DNA of 64,000 bases. Origin: Kudoa neothunni (lineage: Eukaryota > Animalia > Cnidaria). Location: assembly GCA_964304625.1 (NCBI GenBank), contig OZ199838.1, forward strand, positions 2,767,702 through 2,831,701. Reading direction: 5' to 3'. The translations under genes and the position numbers were made by a program. Shown piece by piece: positions 39,101 through 52,699 of the stretch; the first letter of the stretch is position 1, and each line of letters starts with the position of its first letter. The notes beneath the pieces are model-generated. The model had not been told where the DNA came from, searched no databases, and saw nothing but the letters and a program-made list of their open reading frames with translations.

Positions 39101-42100
39101 TCACATATATAATTTAATTCCGTATCTATAATATATCGATTGAATTGTTGTAAAATATCTTCACCATTCATATAGGATCAAATTTATGTGCGAGAAGTTA
39201 TTAGAATTCAATAGTGAAAGGATTTTTTATCACAGTAAATAATTAGTTTTCTAAAAATACTACATTATTTATAAAATAGTACATGATAAGTAGTTTGAGT
39301 TTAATTTTATAATATATTATGAATTTTAAGGAACTCAAAATTAAAATATGGTGAAAACGAGCCCCAATAAAAAATCATGTGGTCAGGAAGATTTACGGTA
39401 TCTTTCTATTGAGATTGTTTATTGATGGAAGCTTTTTATTCTTAATAGTCCACAAAGCAAAATCAAAAACAAATATATGATTTGTAAACAAAATTATATA
39501 ATACAATAGCATCATACAAAAAATTAAAATAATCTCCACTTTAAACAATTTCAATCATGCATAAGTCCCCTAAATTAAATTAAAAATCTGTTCGAGGTTT
39601 TAATACCCACTAAACTCAATATTATAATATCTAGGTTTTTGACTGGAAATTTTAATAAGAGTCCATAGCATAATTATCAATATGCTAAATTTACCAATTT
39701 GTAGATCTAATGGTATATAATTAATTATTCAAAGCGATTGATATATTTTATTTATCTATGTACAAACAATTAAACCGTATTATTATTTTTTTATGTTTTA
39801 ACGGTTATTAATTCTACACCCTAAACCTAAGCTTTCTTCTTAAATAATACTAAAATTACATAAAAATTTGAAATTTTTCGTTATAGAAAACTTTATTGGG
39901 CTAAAAACATCAGCTAAGCTATATGCTATATTAAGACTCTTTTTTTGTTGGTATAATGCGAGTAAAACTTTGTTGGAAATATTTTAAACATCTCTATTCA
40001 GCGACGTAAGTAGGATCGATCGATTAATCTTTTATTGTGGAAATTGTAACCTTATTTTAGTTTCCTTAAGTAAACAAAGAGATAAATTAATTAGTGTTGT
40101 ATTTAAATTAATTAATGCTGTTTGAACATTTATAGAATTTTAGTTTTGTTTTTTTAAGAGACATTAACACTGGTTGGTTTAGGGAATATGTTAAAGCGTT
40201 CTATATTAGCAGAATTGTCAACTATTGAGGGGGGATAACGTATAGAAATTTTAAAATGTATTTTTATCCACTCTTCTGTTATTGAATTTAGTATTGCTTT
40301 AAAAATTGATATTAATTTAATCAATATAAATTAATTTACTCTTTAAGTTTTAATTAAAAAAATATTATTTACCTATTTTGTATTTCATTATTGAGATACT
40401 ACCCTTACTAAAAAATGCGTAAACAAAATCACTTTTGTAAAATGTTTTCATAGTGTATCACGGAATGGATTAGAAAGTATTAGCGAAAATGCAGCTCAAA
40501 ATAGATCAGAACGCGTTAATAGGAAGGGTTGATTTAAATGTTTAATTAATTAACCAGCTCAAAAGCCTAAAAGCATACTTCCAGATTTTTATGACTGGAT
40601 ACATCATTATGTTCAAGCAAACAAACCGACACAGTCAGCAGTAGACATTGGAAACGATCGTAAGGCACAAGATCCTTGATTTTATTGGAAGCACCATTGT
40701 CTGTGAAAGCATCTGGGATGCATCCTCCCTTAAATAAATAGAAGAAATTATTGTAAAAATATATTTTTTGATTATATTGAAAACAAGAACACACTTACCG
40801 ACAACCAAACATTGAACACCACTAGCGAAATATATACGAGAAATTCTTCATTCTTGTAGAATTTGAAGGTATAACGCAGAGACTCGATCAGAAAATTCAG
40901 CAACATAACGTCACTCAGCACACAGTATGAAATCAGAGAGATTATGTCTGAGGAGAGATTTTGTTTCTTGAATGTGTTGAGCGAGTTATCAATATAATGG
41001 AGTATTCGATTGAGGAAATCGCATTTGTATTGGATGGCTCCAGAATGTTGGTCCCCATCCATACTTTCCACATTGTCAGTGGTTGAAAAAAATGGATCGG
41101 TAACAGTTATATTTTTGTTCAATTTGAGGTCGGCGTACAAATTCCACACAACCCATTTGCATACCACAACACAACAACATCGCCTTGTGCCTTCATCATG
41201 ACAGATGAGATAATCATCAACCGATTCAGGCTCATACGAGAAATCGACGTTGTGTTTTGATCCTATTCCAAGAAGTTCCATAAAATCATTCTCTTTTCTT
41301 TGAATGTAACCGACCGATTTAAAAAGTGCGTTGAAAATAGGAGAAGCAATATAGTTAACAAAATGTAGCAACATTGTGGTGGCAATTTTGCGTTTCATCT
41401 GAACACTTTTATCCTCAAACTGTACCACATGTACAGATTGGGAAAGGTGACGCAGAAAATAGTTCAAACACTTGATCGTATCTTGAGGGGATGGAGCGGT
41501 TAATACAATTTGTAATGGGGTGGTTGAAGTGACATTCTTTCCCGGAGAAGGCAGTGTAGCACGGCTCAACGGCGATGGTAATGCATCTGAAGGGTAGACC
41601 AAGAGAACTGAATATCCAAGTGGGGTATCTAAATGAAGTTTTTAATGTATGCTGCGATCTCTAGAAAATGTTTTCAAAAACTTTGTGAATATTCCTTGGA
41701 TGATGATGAATTATTCGAATGGGTTGGTTTAGATTTGTAGGATTCCTTTAGTGAGAGTTTCACATCAACTAAATTCCAATATACACATTTAATTGATTGG
41801 TGCCAAATGAGTACCATATGTTGGACTTTTGTATCTCATAATCCCAGGAATAGCTAGATACATCAATTCTAATGCGTCCGGCTCTGCTTTATCATTCAGG
41901 CACGTCAACCAATTCACATAAATTTCAATGGATTTTATCCGTATCTAAAATTATATGCAAGGTTGGTATAGAAGCTGTTGTAGACATTTATTTTAATAGA
42001 AAAATTGCAAAATACATCCGATGAATTTCCAATACTCAACAATTGAGTGAATATTCGGACTAAACACACATCTCAGTATCATGCGACAAATCAACAGATA

Positions 42101-42633
42101 ACTACTTAAACAACGATATTGCCATCGTTCGTGCAATAAATGCGGTAACAGAATAATAATTTTCTAAACAATCCACTAAAAACCTCTTCAAAATTAGCGC
42201 AGATTACACTCAAGATTGACAAGAGATGATCCAACTCATCTCCATAATTCTTCATGCTTGCTATCGAAGTGATATCCAGTTAAAATACGAGAACCAATAA
42301 AAATACATTTTTTCATAGACAATTGAATGAGCATGTATTGTTCGTAGAAAATGTGATAGATCTCATTGAAATAGGTGGTAAAAAATGTTATCAACTCATC
42401 ATTCTTGGCTTGCGCTATTAGTTATATGTATAGAAACAGTTAATACAATAAAAAATATAAATATGTGAATTGGTAAGGAAATTAATGTCAAAAATTGAAC
42501 GAGCAAACAAATTACAAGTAATCGTGCGTAGATGCTTGTAACGATCATTCAAATCTCTCTTCAAATCCAAAAATTTGTTAATATATGAACTCAATTTTTT
42601 CGATCCATCACTAGTGCTTCTTCTAGTGTACAT
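33159..42633 (-). CDS. RALGAPA: Ral GTPase-activating protein catalytic alpha subunit, many exons
   Basis: N-terminus KFLDLKRDLNDRYKHLR...LLPHLLHERWQ; central LYGIDFYDLPL; C-terminal Rap/Ran-GAP domain RETYKLAVFYVGQNQEDK...FLGGL...YHVSTKLP...RHLGNDEIHIVWSE...TEFGDLIIVIYP...GPLYDGA with the catalytic Asn intact. The introns checked are canonical. Confidence 0.93.
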
Positions 42634-44017
42634 TTGGTAGCTTTTGCTAGGGCTTCAACGGATCTTAACGAACACTAATAAGAGGATCAGCCGATTAAAC
42701 TTTTCATTCGTTATCACACGCTCACTTCAATTAATCTGTCTATTTTATTTAGACAGCTGTGTATAATTTTAATGTGACCCCTTAACTACATAGATTAATG
42801 CTATTAATATTTAAGTTTTTGGTTATTAAAATGAATGGTCAAATATTTAGTTTGTTGTTTATAAACCATACTTTTGTGGTTAAATTAAAGTCGATAACAA
42901 TTTTTATAGAAAAAAATATGTATGAGGGAATTTAGATTTTGCATTAAGAATAATGTGATTTGTTACAGAAACAATCGACTCATCCTTTCTCTGTCCCTTG
43001 CGTACCACATTAGAATGGTATAGTCTCAAATCGAATTTAATAAGAAAAATAGATAATAAATTTTATGTGACCATTGAAAAATTGTTACAAAAAATGCCCA
43101 AACAAGTCACATCGAGATTTCGCGCTGTTTTTACGTGAGCGTGTTCATATTTCATTTTTTTAGTGACTGCGTCTATTGGCCGTTACAAAAATAATAATTT
43201 AGGTCATTTTATTTTTTGGATATCTATTATTCAAGATGTGTATTTTTATATTTAAATTAACCTCTAATATTTCGATTAAGATTTATATTGATTAACTATG
43301 GGTTTTAAGCAGTGTCTATTTTGCCACATGCGCGTTTTCTCCTAAAATAATGATTTAATCGATATCGTTTTCGTCCAAAAAATATCTTTTATAAATTTAG
43401 AATATAAATCTAGTTTCATTTATTTTTTAGTTAACAGTTATACAAGAATTAAAAAAATAAATGCAAATCATACATCCAATTTTGTTATAATCAAAATTAT
43501 TTTTTTTATTCACCGTAAGGTTTGAACAATTTTCAATATAAACATGAAAAAAACTTTCTTAATGAATTATTATATCTTTAGGAAGTTTTGTGTAACAAAT
43601 AAATTATTTTCTGTACTCAAGAGAAATAGGAGTAAGAATTATGGATCAGGACAAATTCAATGTATACATATGTATTGATTGATATGCACACATTTCATAA
43701 AATTAAGTAATATACACAGTAAAGTATAACTAGGAGTTTTTATCATATTTATTAGTTGGATTTTGCTTTCATTATGCTATTAATATTTTAATGGTAAAGT
43801 TCTGACGTTCTTGAATCGTAAATCGTTGTTTCTAGATCTATGATCGTAGATAACATTTGATCATTTTTTTTCTGAAAAATTTATATATTTTGTTCGAATA
43901 AATTAGAGCATCATTCATAAAAATGATAAATTTTTTAAGTGTTTTGTAGTTATTTGTAATTTTCATTCCATTATGAGACTTCATAATGGATTCTTTATTC
44001 CCCCAAATTTTATTCAA

Positions 44018-45205
44018 CCCTCTTACTCTTACTCTAATGTACTAAAAATCGACTGCACTCCGATGAATTTTGGGCTAAAAAATTACCCCACTTTTTTATT
44101 CCTCCGTTTAAACCATTAAAAATATTTGATTTTAGAAAATAAAAATAGGCAAAATCACACGGCTAGATTTAGTTGTAAAACAACTAACATATCTAGTAGT
44201 AATCTTCATAATCGTACGAAAACTGTATTTGTTAGAATCCGTCATGGCAGTTTTAGATTAACGCCTATTGTTTGAGTAGATTCCACATTTATATCATGTA
44301 ATAAATATTTTAATTATTATTTACGAAACAAAATAGAACATTTAATGAGAATAAGATTCTCTTAGAATGAATTTTGCGACAGTTTCGCACATCTGAAACA
44401 AGCAGAAGTGCGTTTCTTATCAATTTTCCGTAAAAACATTTAAACCTTGAAAAAATTGTTAACTTATTTGGTGTTCCGAGTTATAGCAGAATAGATAAGA
44501 TTGAGCTCTTAGGATTTGGGGCTTCAGGAATGTTTCTTTCCATTAATGGTTAATGGAAAGATACAGTAAATTTGCCATATTTTCAAATACTTTCTCATAA
44601 TCATATTATCTCACAAGTTTCTTTTCTATATTGGAAACGCATTTATAAAAAATAAATCCAATAAATGGAAAAACATCATTATCATTATAAGTCGGGTCGT
44701 CATTACTGACTGTGGATTGACCCGAATACTCATAGTTTTCAATCTCGTCATAGTCTTACGATATATCAGTCGTAAAGTATTATTCATAATCATCTTTAAA
44801 GAATTTTATTCATTATTTTAATTATTATCGGTGAAATCCATCTCAATTATCGCAATGATAAAATAAAAAAGAAGTCACGCGATCATTAGTATAGGTAATA
44901 ATCATATAACTTCAAATTCATCCAGCAGATAAGCCTAAAATTTGTTCCATGCAATAATTATTATTTTATCAGTCAATTGGTGGGAAGAAAATCTGGGGTA
45001 ATTTTTTACCCCAAAAATTCATTGGAGTGTAAACTTTTTATAATTTTTCTGATTTTATATTTTTATTCATAATATTTTAAAATCATGTATTGCTTACCTC
45101 TTTGGAAGATTAGCAAAAACTCGTATCCTATGAAAAGCACACAGGTCACGTATACAACCAAAACTTCTCGTTGAGGTAAAAATTTACCACAAATTCGTTA
45201 GAGGG
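44018..45205 (-). mobile_element. Internally deleted piggyBac element
   Basis: Termini CCCTCTTAC and GTTAGAGGG with TCAA/TTAA flanks. Internal inverted repeat 44054-44090 vs 44994-45030. Minus-strand acidic N-terminal remnant and CRD-like KIDKKRTSACFRC. Confidence 0.65.
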
Positions 45206-45317
45206 TTAAAGAGAGCAGAGATTTTAAGTTAACTATATTTTTTCGAAATATGCCATTATATCGACCTTATCTTTCAAAAAACGAAACTGCTTAGTTCTCT
45301 TCAAGTATAGAGTTACC

Positions 45318-45519
45318 TGTTATAGTTTGGGATTAAGGCCGCGCAAAAGAAAGAGATCTGGAATAAAATAGACTAAAGGTAGTGATGGTATTCCTCCCAG
45401 TTTAGTCGTGTCTATGTATATCTGTGTAGCGTGGGCCCCGCCTCGGTCTCCACCGGGTCGCCCACCCGGGAACGACTTCCCTCTTTATTGTGAGGGATCA
45501 TGATTCTCGGATTATGACA
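45318..45519. mobile_element. Solo LTR (202 bp) with 5-bp TSD
   Basis: TG...CA ends with short inverted termini (TGTTATAG / TTATGACA), a perfect TTACC duplication at 45313-17 and 45520-24, and much higher GC than the flanks. Confidence 0.75.
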
Positions 45520-45637
45520 TTACCCATCATTCATCATCTGGGCAACTTTATTCTTATGCTTAGTGCCCACGAGTCGTAAATTTATGAAATTCTTATTTAA
45601 AGTGAATTAAAACAAAAACTAAGGTTTTAATAATTTA

Positions 45638-46759
45638 CTAGCGGGAATTGCCCAGCGTTGCTTGGGGAAGATTTCGCATAGATACGCTTCTTAATAACAT
45701 TCACAAAATATATTAAAGTCGTGAATTAACCCATATAAGAAAAATAATTAAAAAATCTTAAGTATCATACATTAACGATTTGGATTGAAGAAATTTAAAT
45801 TATGATCATTTCTGCGAAGGAACGTATCAATCCCGACGTTTATTTAAAAATTTGGGGGTCCGGCACCAAAACTAAATAATTTAACGTCGGTGTCATATTT
45901 AACTTACATCCCTGAATTATTTAAATTCCCTTAAATTGCTATTTAAAACGTTATTTTATGATCCTGGGATTTTTCAACGGCGAATTCTGACCCAGCTCGG
46001 AAACTGTGTACACCATTAACTTTTTAAGAGATAAAAAAATAGAAAAAGTTTGGAAATTAGTTGATATTGCTAAAATTAGCATCGCTTAGCCCGGCATACA
46101 CATTAATGTACTTTTCCCAAGCAAACAGCTAAAAATCGATTAGATATCAACATAAATAATTCCAATAATAAGATGAAGTAAGAGTACAATCATCAGTATT
46201 GAATTTAATCATAGAAAGTTAAACTTAGCGGATGACTTCAATAAAATCTACGAACGCAGTATATCAATTATAATATTTCAACCGATTTAATTTCAACGGA
46301 CTCCACCAATTCGTTATTCATGAAACACATATAGACCTTTCCTCATATTTTAAACCATTAATAGAACTTTAAAATGTGTTTATCAGGTTAAATACGTTAA
46401 AATTCCGCAAATATGGAGTGTATTTGCACAAGCACCCTAATAGAACCGTCAACCTCATGCATAACGATAGATGATATCGCTTAATTTGAATTTAATGAAA
46501 TAGATTAGGAGGAAAGTTAACCTCAATGTCCTTCACCATGACATAGACGGGTGTTAATCCTATTATTGAACTCAAGTAATTCGATAAACAAACTTTGAAT
46601 CGACAAAATCACCATTTTATAGACACTTTTGGGAACATTTGGTAATGTGAAAACGATTTAAAGATTGTATGAAACATTGTGATTTTTAAAAAATTTTGAC
46701 CCACATGCATACTTGCTGGTACACACACATGGACACTTCAGCTTTATATATATAGTAGA
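45638..46759 (-). mobile_element. Non-autonomous Helitron
   Basis: Minus strand begins A|TCTACTATATATATAAAGCTGAAGTG and ends with hairpin CCCAAGCAACGCTGGG followed by CTAG|T, the canonical Helitron termini. Confidence 0.75.
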
Positions 46760-46815
46760 TAGTAGATTTACCATAAAACATCGTGTGGTCCAATGTACCC
46801 CAAAAGTCCTTAGAG

Positions 46816-47467
46816 CAGTGTTTCCCAACTCTTTTTCTATCAGACCCCTTTTTTCAAAAGTACTGATTATAATTTTTATTTAAACTTCATATCACATTCG
46901 AATTTGAAAGTAATTAATATATACAACTTTATCATTAAAATTAAGATATATTAGATCATAACTGACATAATTTATCGATGAACCTTCAAAATTAATATCT
47001 TTTGTTTTTAAATCCGGCAAAAATAGCAGTATGTGAAATTCGCCGTAATCTAGCCCACATTCAGAAAAACTTTAATATATACAGGTGTTATAAACCCAAC
47101 AAGAAATAATCTAGATAGAAAATTAATAAGTATTCTATTGGATTAAATCAAAAACATGGGAGATCACAATTATAAATGAGACAAAATTGGGATTAAACCC
47201 ATTCCGCTTCTATACATGTTAAGACCATTTGAATGTTATTATTTATTTTAATACAATTAATGATTTCTTTTGGTATCGTTTTATGATTTTAATAGTCACT
47301 TAAAATTAAACGAGATCGAAGTCAAGGTATTTATTTTAAGATGTTCCACCCTGTGCAGTATCTCATCATTATCCATGCCATATAAATGCTCACGATTTTC
47401 CGCGTCCATCAGAGGCATTCATTAGACGTTCAAAATTTTTCCACCCCCCCCCCGTGGAGAAACACTA
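46816..47467. mobile_element. Non-autonomous hAT element, copy 2 (same family as 2427-3119)
   Basis: CAGTGTTTCCC...GGAGAAACACTA termini, 8-bp TSD CCTTAGAG/TCTTAGAG (7 of 8 match), and internal homology to copy 1. Confidence 0.8.
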
Positions 47468-48019
47468 TCTTAGAGGATAATTTTTATTCTTTCTATTTAT
47501 GATTTTCAGAGAATGAACAACATTGAAAGTTAGGAGATTAGATAGAATTTTATGAATTTCTGATTATTACATACATAATACTGGGCAAATTAATTGTGGT
47601 TTGGTGTTGAAAGACCCCAAAATCCTTAGAGGGTTAAATGAAATAGGTTCCAAAGGTTTTACATCATCATTAATTTTTCATATGTCTAAGTTTCGTGGGC
47701 AGGTGAATCGCAAAAATTATTCCCTCCAATTAAATGATTAAATCCAACTCCACGATCAACTTTATCCAATTTATTAAATAAATGCGCGCCAAAATTCACA
47801 CACAGCATATAGCTCTAAATGACTTTGATTTAGCATTAATAATTTTAACAATAAATTTCAATATCTTATAGATAGATTGAAATTGTCAAAGTGGTTTAAC
47901 ATCGGTGATCCCTCTTTTTGCGCAGGCGTCGGGTAAAACATACAAAGTTGAGGTCCTATCATTCGAAAGTACGTATTGACCGATTAATTGAACCAAAAAA
48001 AGTCAACACATCTGAATCG

Positions 48020-49542
48020 ATGTCAGAAGATCTATGCAGGCAACAGTTTTAATTTATTTTGTTGCCATGGTTACCTGAAAAATACAGATTTTTCCTTCTT
48101 GGTAACTGTAACAAGGGGGAAAATTGTCCATTCAAACACGAACGTCCTCCAGAAATGCCTGTAAAATCTAGATCATATTTTTGTTGTGGTTAACATTTGA
48201 TGACATTACACATAGATATGCGAGTATTTCGCCCAGGGTAGATGCCATTTTGGGGACAAATGTTTGTTCAGACATGAGCCTTCTAATGATAAAGAAAACC
48301 AAAATATCAAGCGCGTTTCAACAATATCTGATTCCGATCCCACAGGAGATTCCAATGTTATTGTAGTGAACCAAGAAGATATCGACAATTCCAACAAAAC
48401 CAAATCATCAACTGTTGTAAATAATTAATATGTCTACGTTTGTGGTGGTTGATTGTTGTTAAGTTGTGTCCGTTTGCATTAAGCGGATGTTGTCTAAATA
48501 TTGAAAAGTATTAGATCATGTAAACGTACTAATCTGATCGAAATAAAGATGTCGATATTTGCATGGTTATCCGTGTGACATATGCGGTCGATTGGCATTG
48601 CATCCAACCAATGATGTACAGAGAAAAGGTTTCTATTTTTTCCCCAGTAGGTTTTCCTTAATCCAATCCATTAGAGCACACACGAATGTGTGAGAATAAA
48701 TTTGAGAAAGATATGGAAGAATGTTTCCGACTACAAACGTCATACTTTTATATTTTTCCCGCTGTATACCAATGTATGTTTAGGTCCCGAGAAATTATAT
48801 GTAATATTTGTTTGGAAAATGTTATTCGGGATGACACCACCGACAGCAACACTGATGAGAATGGTGACATTGTTGGTGATGTAATGAAAGCTTTGGCAAA
48901 AGAAAGATTTGGCTTGCTAGGTATGAAAGTCATATTGCTGTTGATTTTAATCAAAGCCTATGATTCATATTGAATTAGAGGGATGCAACCATTCATTTTG
49001 TATTGAATGCATCCGAAATTGGCGTTTCAAAATTGATTCCTCTATTCCTGATAATGTGAAAAGATCGTGCCCAGTTTGTCGAAAATTTTCTGGATTTGTT
49101 GTACCTGTGAGTTTTGCTAGCTGGGATGATTGAACTTAGTTGCTTGATAGAGTTTTGTATGGCCTGAAAACGACCAAGTTAAACACCAAATTGTAGACGC
49201 CTTCAAAGAGAAAGTCTCCAAAATTCCCTGTAAATATTTCAATCAAGGTGCCTCATCTTGTCCATTTGGAAACAGTTGCTTCTATAAACATGGTAAGTTT
49301 CCAACTATGATCGCATATAGTTTATTTTATGCTATTATTTCTTATTTGAAAATCAAAATAGCTTTCCCAGATGGAACATTGGCGGATCGTAACAAACCTC
49401 TATCTGTTTTTTACGATGAAGATGGTCAAATGATCAATCTGCAATCAATAACGTAATTTTTCTTTTATGATGTTTTCGACTAATTTTACACACCTCTATT
49501 TTTAGAATTTCAGATCTTATTGACGATTTTGAAAATCTTTGA
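48020..49542 (+). CDS. MKRN: Makorin RING E3 ubiquitin ligase, multi-exon
   Basis: CCCH fingers (CRFFLLGNCNKGENCPFKH; CEYFAQGRCHFGDKCLFRH), makorin Cys-His motif CDICGRLALHP, RING CNIC...[21 protein letters not shown]...SCPVCR, and final CCCH CKYFNQGASSCPFGNSCFYKH. Confidence 0.93.
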
Positions 49543-50196
49543 TTACAATTTTTTAAAATAATTGTTGGTTTATTTTTTCATCGCATGGATCTCGAATTAA
49601 ATTTAGAATGAAAATTATTTTGCGTTTATAAATTTATTGGAATACAATTCGGCCACAATAATTGCTTGATGCTTACTAAAATATGTTGATTATATTAATA
49701 TTGTTTTTTAAAGGACAGATTTATCAAGCTTATGTTTATGTGCAGGAGTTAGGAATGATTGATTGATTGATGTTGGTAGAAATCAATTAATTCGAAGGTT
49801 AATAATCGCAATTATTGATTGCGATTATTAACATTTTTCTAGAGGTATATTTTCATAACTCTGTGTTAATATTCGGAATCGAAACAAAATTTAACTCAAT
49901 ATTTTTTAGTCAATGAAATGTTCAACATTAGAAAGTTTTAGATTAGAGATATTAATCAAAACCCAGTTGATTAAAAATAATTGTAGCTAGATTCTTCCAT
50001 ATCAAATCTATCAGCCTTTAATATTAAAAATCGAAATAAAAATTGTTAATAACTATAATTTCGTTATAATCATTACTTGCTTAACACAATTATAAGTATT
50101 TTTCTCTAAAAACAAATAAATATTTCATGAATCCTAAAATTAAACTGATACAATAAGACAAAGCGTTAGATTGTACAAAAAACCTTATTAACTTAA

Positions 50197-51344
50197 CCCT
50201 CCTGGGACCATGTGGGGTCTTTCGAGGCCACATTTTCGTAAATCTGGGTTTTTACCTATCAGAACTCTAAAGTCTAGCTTATAAGTTCGTGTAATCTCCT
50301 GTAATTATACAAATTTTGTTTATATTGACTTTTATAAAAAGATACGTTATATATTCTGGTAAAAATGGGTTCAGTGGGTCGGGGGTTTGCTAACTCGCCT
50401 TAAAAATCATTTTTTAGCGTAATATCAATGGTTACCTTATTATATAGCAATAAAATAACTATAGTGGCATGAATAAATAAAACATATAAGAAGAACGTTA
50501 TAGTTTTTATTTCCCTCATGTTGTTTAAAAAGATTCCGATTCTTTCAAAGGATAGTTAAGGGATTCATGGTAATTCTTACCAAAACCTGCTATTTTCTAA
50601 TAATTAAGGGTGGCATTATATTGGTGATATTTGTTTATAATATTCGTTAATGTTTATCATTTATTAAAATATGATGCGCCAGTGTGCCATAGAACGCCAC
50701 ACATATTTTCGTTTTATCTTTAGTATATTCAAAATGGATTAAATCATGCAATTTCGATTCATCTTTAAATATTTAATTAGGATGGAGCAAAAGTAATTGA
50801 ATGAAGAAATGAATAACTAATTTCTGGAAAATATAACTTAATAGGAAAATTTCACAAATAAATACTAATTAAAACTTTGACCATAAAATTCATTTTTATT
50901 CCGTTCAGTGAATTGGATCAAATATAGTCCACCAATCACCAATCACCATTCAAGGTGGAGATTATCGAGGTCAACTGTATGTGTAACCCACGGGATGCGA
51001 TGCCGTTTGTTTTATTATTCGTGAAAGAAATAACTGAGAAGCATTTATTCTATTTCCTACCGATCGAAACGGATTTGAAATAGTTGTGTCTATCTTATAA
51101 CTTAACGATAAGATGGACTGTAGGAGATTATATAGGTAACGCTTATTGAAATGTTCTTGAATTTTTATATTGATTCACTTATTAATTTCATTATTCGGAT
51201 ACTATTTTTAATAGTCATAAATATACGCTTTGTAAATATAAAAAATTATGAGAAAATACAATCATTATCATTGAAAACGTCTGTGGTACCTTGGGTACTC
51301 TCATGGTTACACGCGTAAGTCTCTTGAGCACAGTCCTTCGAGGG
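50197..51344. mobile_element. Non-autonomous piggyBac-type element
   Basis: TTAA|CCCTCCTGGGAC and GTCCTTCGAGGG|TTAA inverted termini. Confidence 0.55.
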
Positions 51345-51348
51345 TTAA

Positions 51349-52133
51349 CCCCAATAAATGACCTTGGGCCCTATGATCCCACCTGAGTAATAAATTGAGC
51401 ATAATTCATTCAAAAAATGTTTTTTAAGTAAATTATCAAAATTTTATTTTACATCTAGCTGTAAATTTTCAATGGATTCGACATTTTTTATTTTAAGTCC
51501 ATGTTCGGCCAAAAAAGGATTATGAAAATAGGTATATGCTTTATTTTATTGAAATGTTAATCTCACAAATTTCGCAGATCAATTATCTGCTGACAAATTA
51601 TTCAAATGACCGATTTTATGTCATTTTTTGTGTCTTTTCAAAGAAGTCTGGGATATTTTAAGGATAAACCTAATCGTCTAATACAATTTTTAATGAATTT
51701 ATTCGCTTCTTCGATTGTAAACCAATAGAAGAGAGAGAGAGAGCTGAAGATCAAAAAATTAGATGCTAAGCGTTCTCTTGAAGCAGTTAGATTTAAATTC
51801 AATGAGAATAATTCATCATTTATGGAAGCTAACAATATAAATGATCGTAAACAATGTAGTTTATGCCCTGCACACATCATAAGGGGAAAACAAGTATGCC
51901 ATGTGTGTAGCAACATTATGTGTAACAAGCATTTAATAAAAACATTTACCTGTTTGATTGTCCTCAAAAATAAATTTTTTATTGCATATCACATTTTTTA
52001 TCGCGCGATAACTAATTATACTAAGCCAATACAGCTTAAAACATAATCCAATAAAGGATGGATATTAATAGGGGTAGGCTCGTCGAGCCAAGGTTACCTA
52101 AATCGGGAGCGCCAGAAGGTCACCTACTAAGGG
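51349..52133 (+). mobile_element. Internally deleted piggyBac carrying the C-terminal cysteine-rich domain; shares a TTAA with the previous element
   Basis: Termini CCCCAATAAATGACC and GGTCACCTACTAAGGG. ORF 51822-52046 contains RKQCSLCP...VCHVCSNIMCNKH (piggyBac CRD). Confidence 0.75.
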
Positions 52134-52699
52134 TTGATGTCAATTATTTTAACAAAATCGCCTGCAATAAACGATCAATCATTTTTATCTTAGTTATAAG
52201 AATGAATATGTTCATAAATTATTTTTACTATGTTTAATGTTAATTAATCAAGGATATAATTGATTTTGTCTTACTTTATTGTCTATCATAGAAAAATAAA
52301 ATATAAAATCGAGATAAAAAAAGTGAGAAAAATAATAATAAATGATACAATAATACTACCGTAATATAATAAAGATAAGAGTAAACAAAAATAATTCAAA
52401 TATGTGAATTTTGCACTAGATACGAAAACTCATTGCTTGATCCATATGAAGTCTAGAAACAAAATATATTTACTCTATAGTTAGGAGAATATCTTTTATT
52501 TATGAGATACCTTTTGGAGAGTTACGACAAATGGATGTAGATTACAGTTTAAATAAATTTGAAAATCAGCAAATTATAAATCATTATAGATACGATGCTA
52601 CAAAATTTAAATCAAAATTAAATGAATTCAACGATAATAACAATTATAATAAGAAATAATATTGATTAAAATGTGTTAATTACAATTAATTTTTTTCCA

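Noticed and set aside
33379-41201. Plus-strand ORFs overlapping RALGAPA, and similar antisense ORFs over genes A/B, DDX18, ITPK1 and MKRN
   Set aside because: These are antisense or alternate-frame shadows of real exons with no independent motifs.
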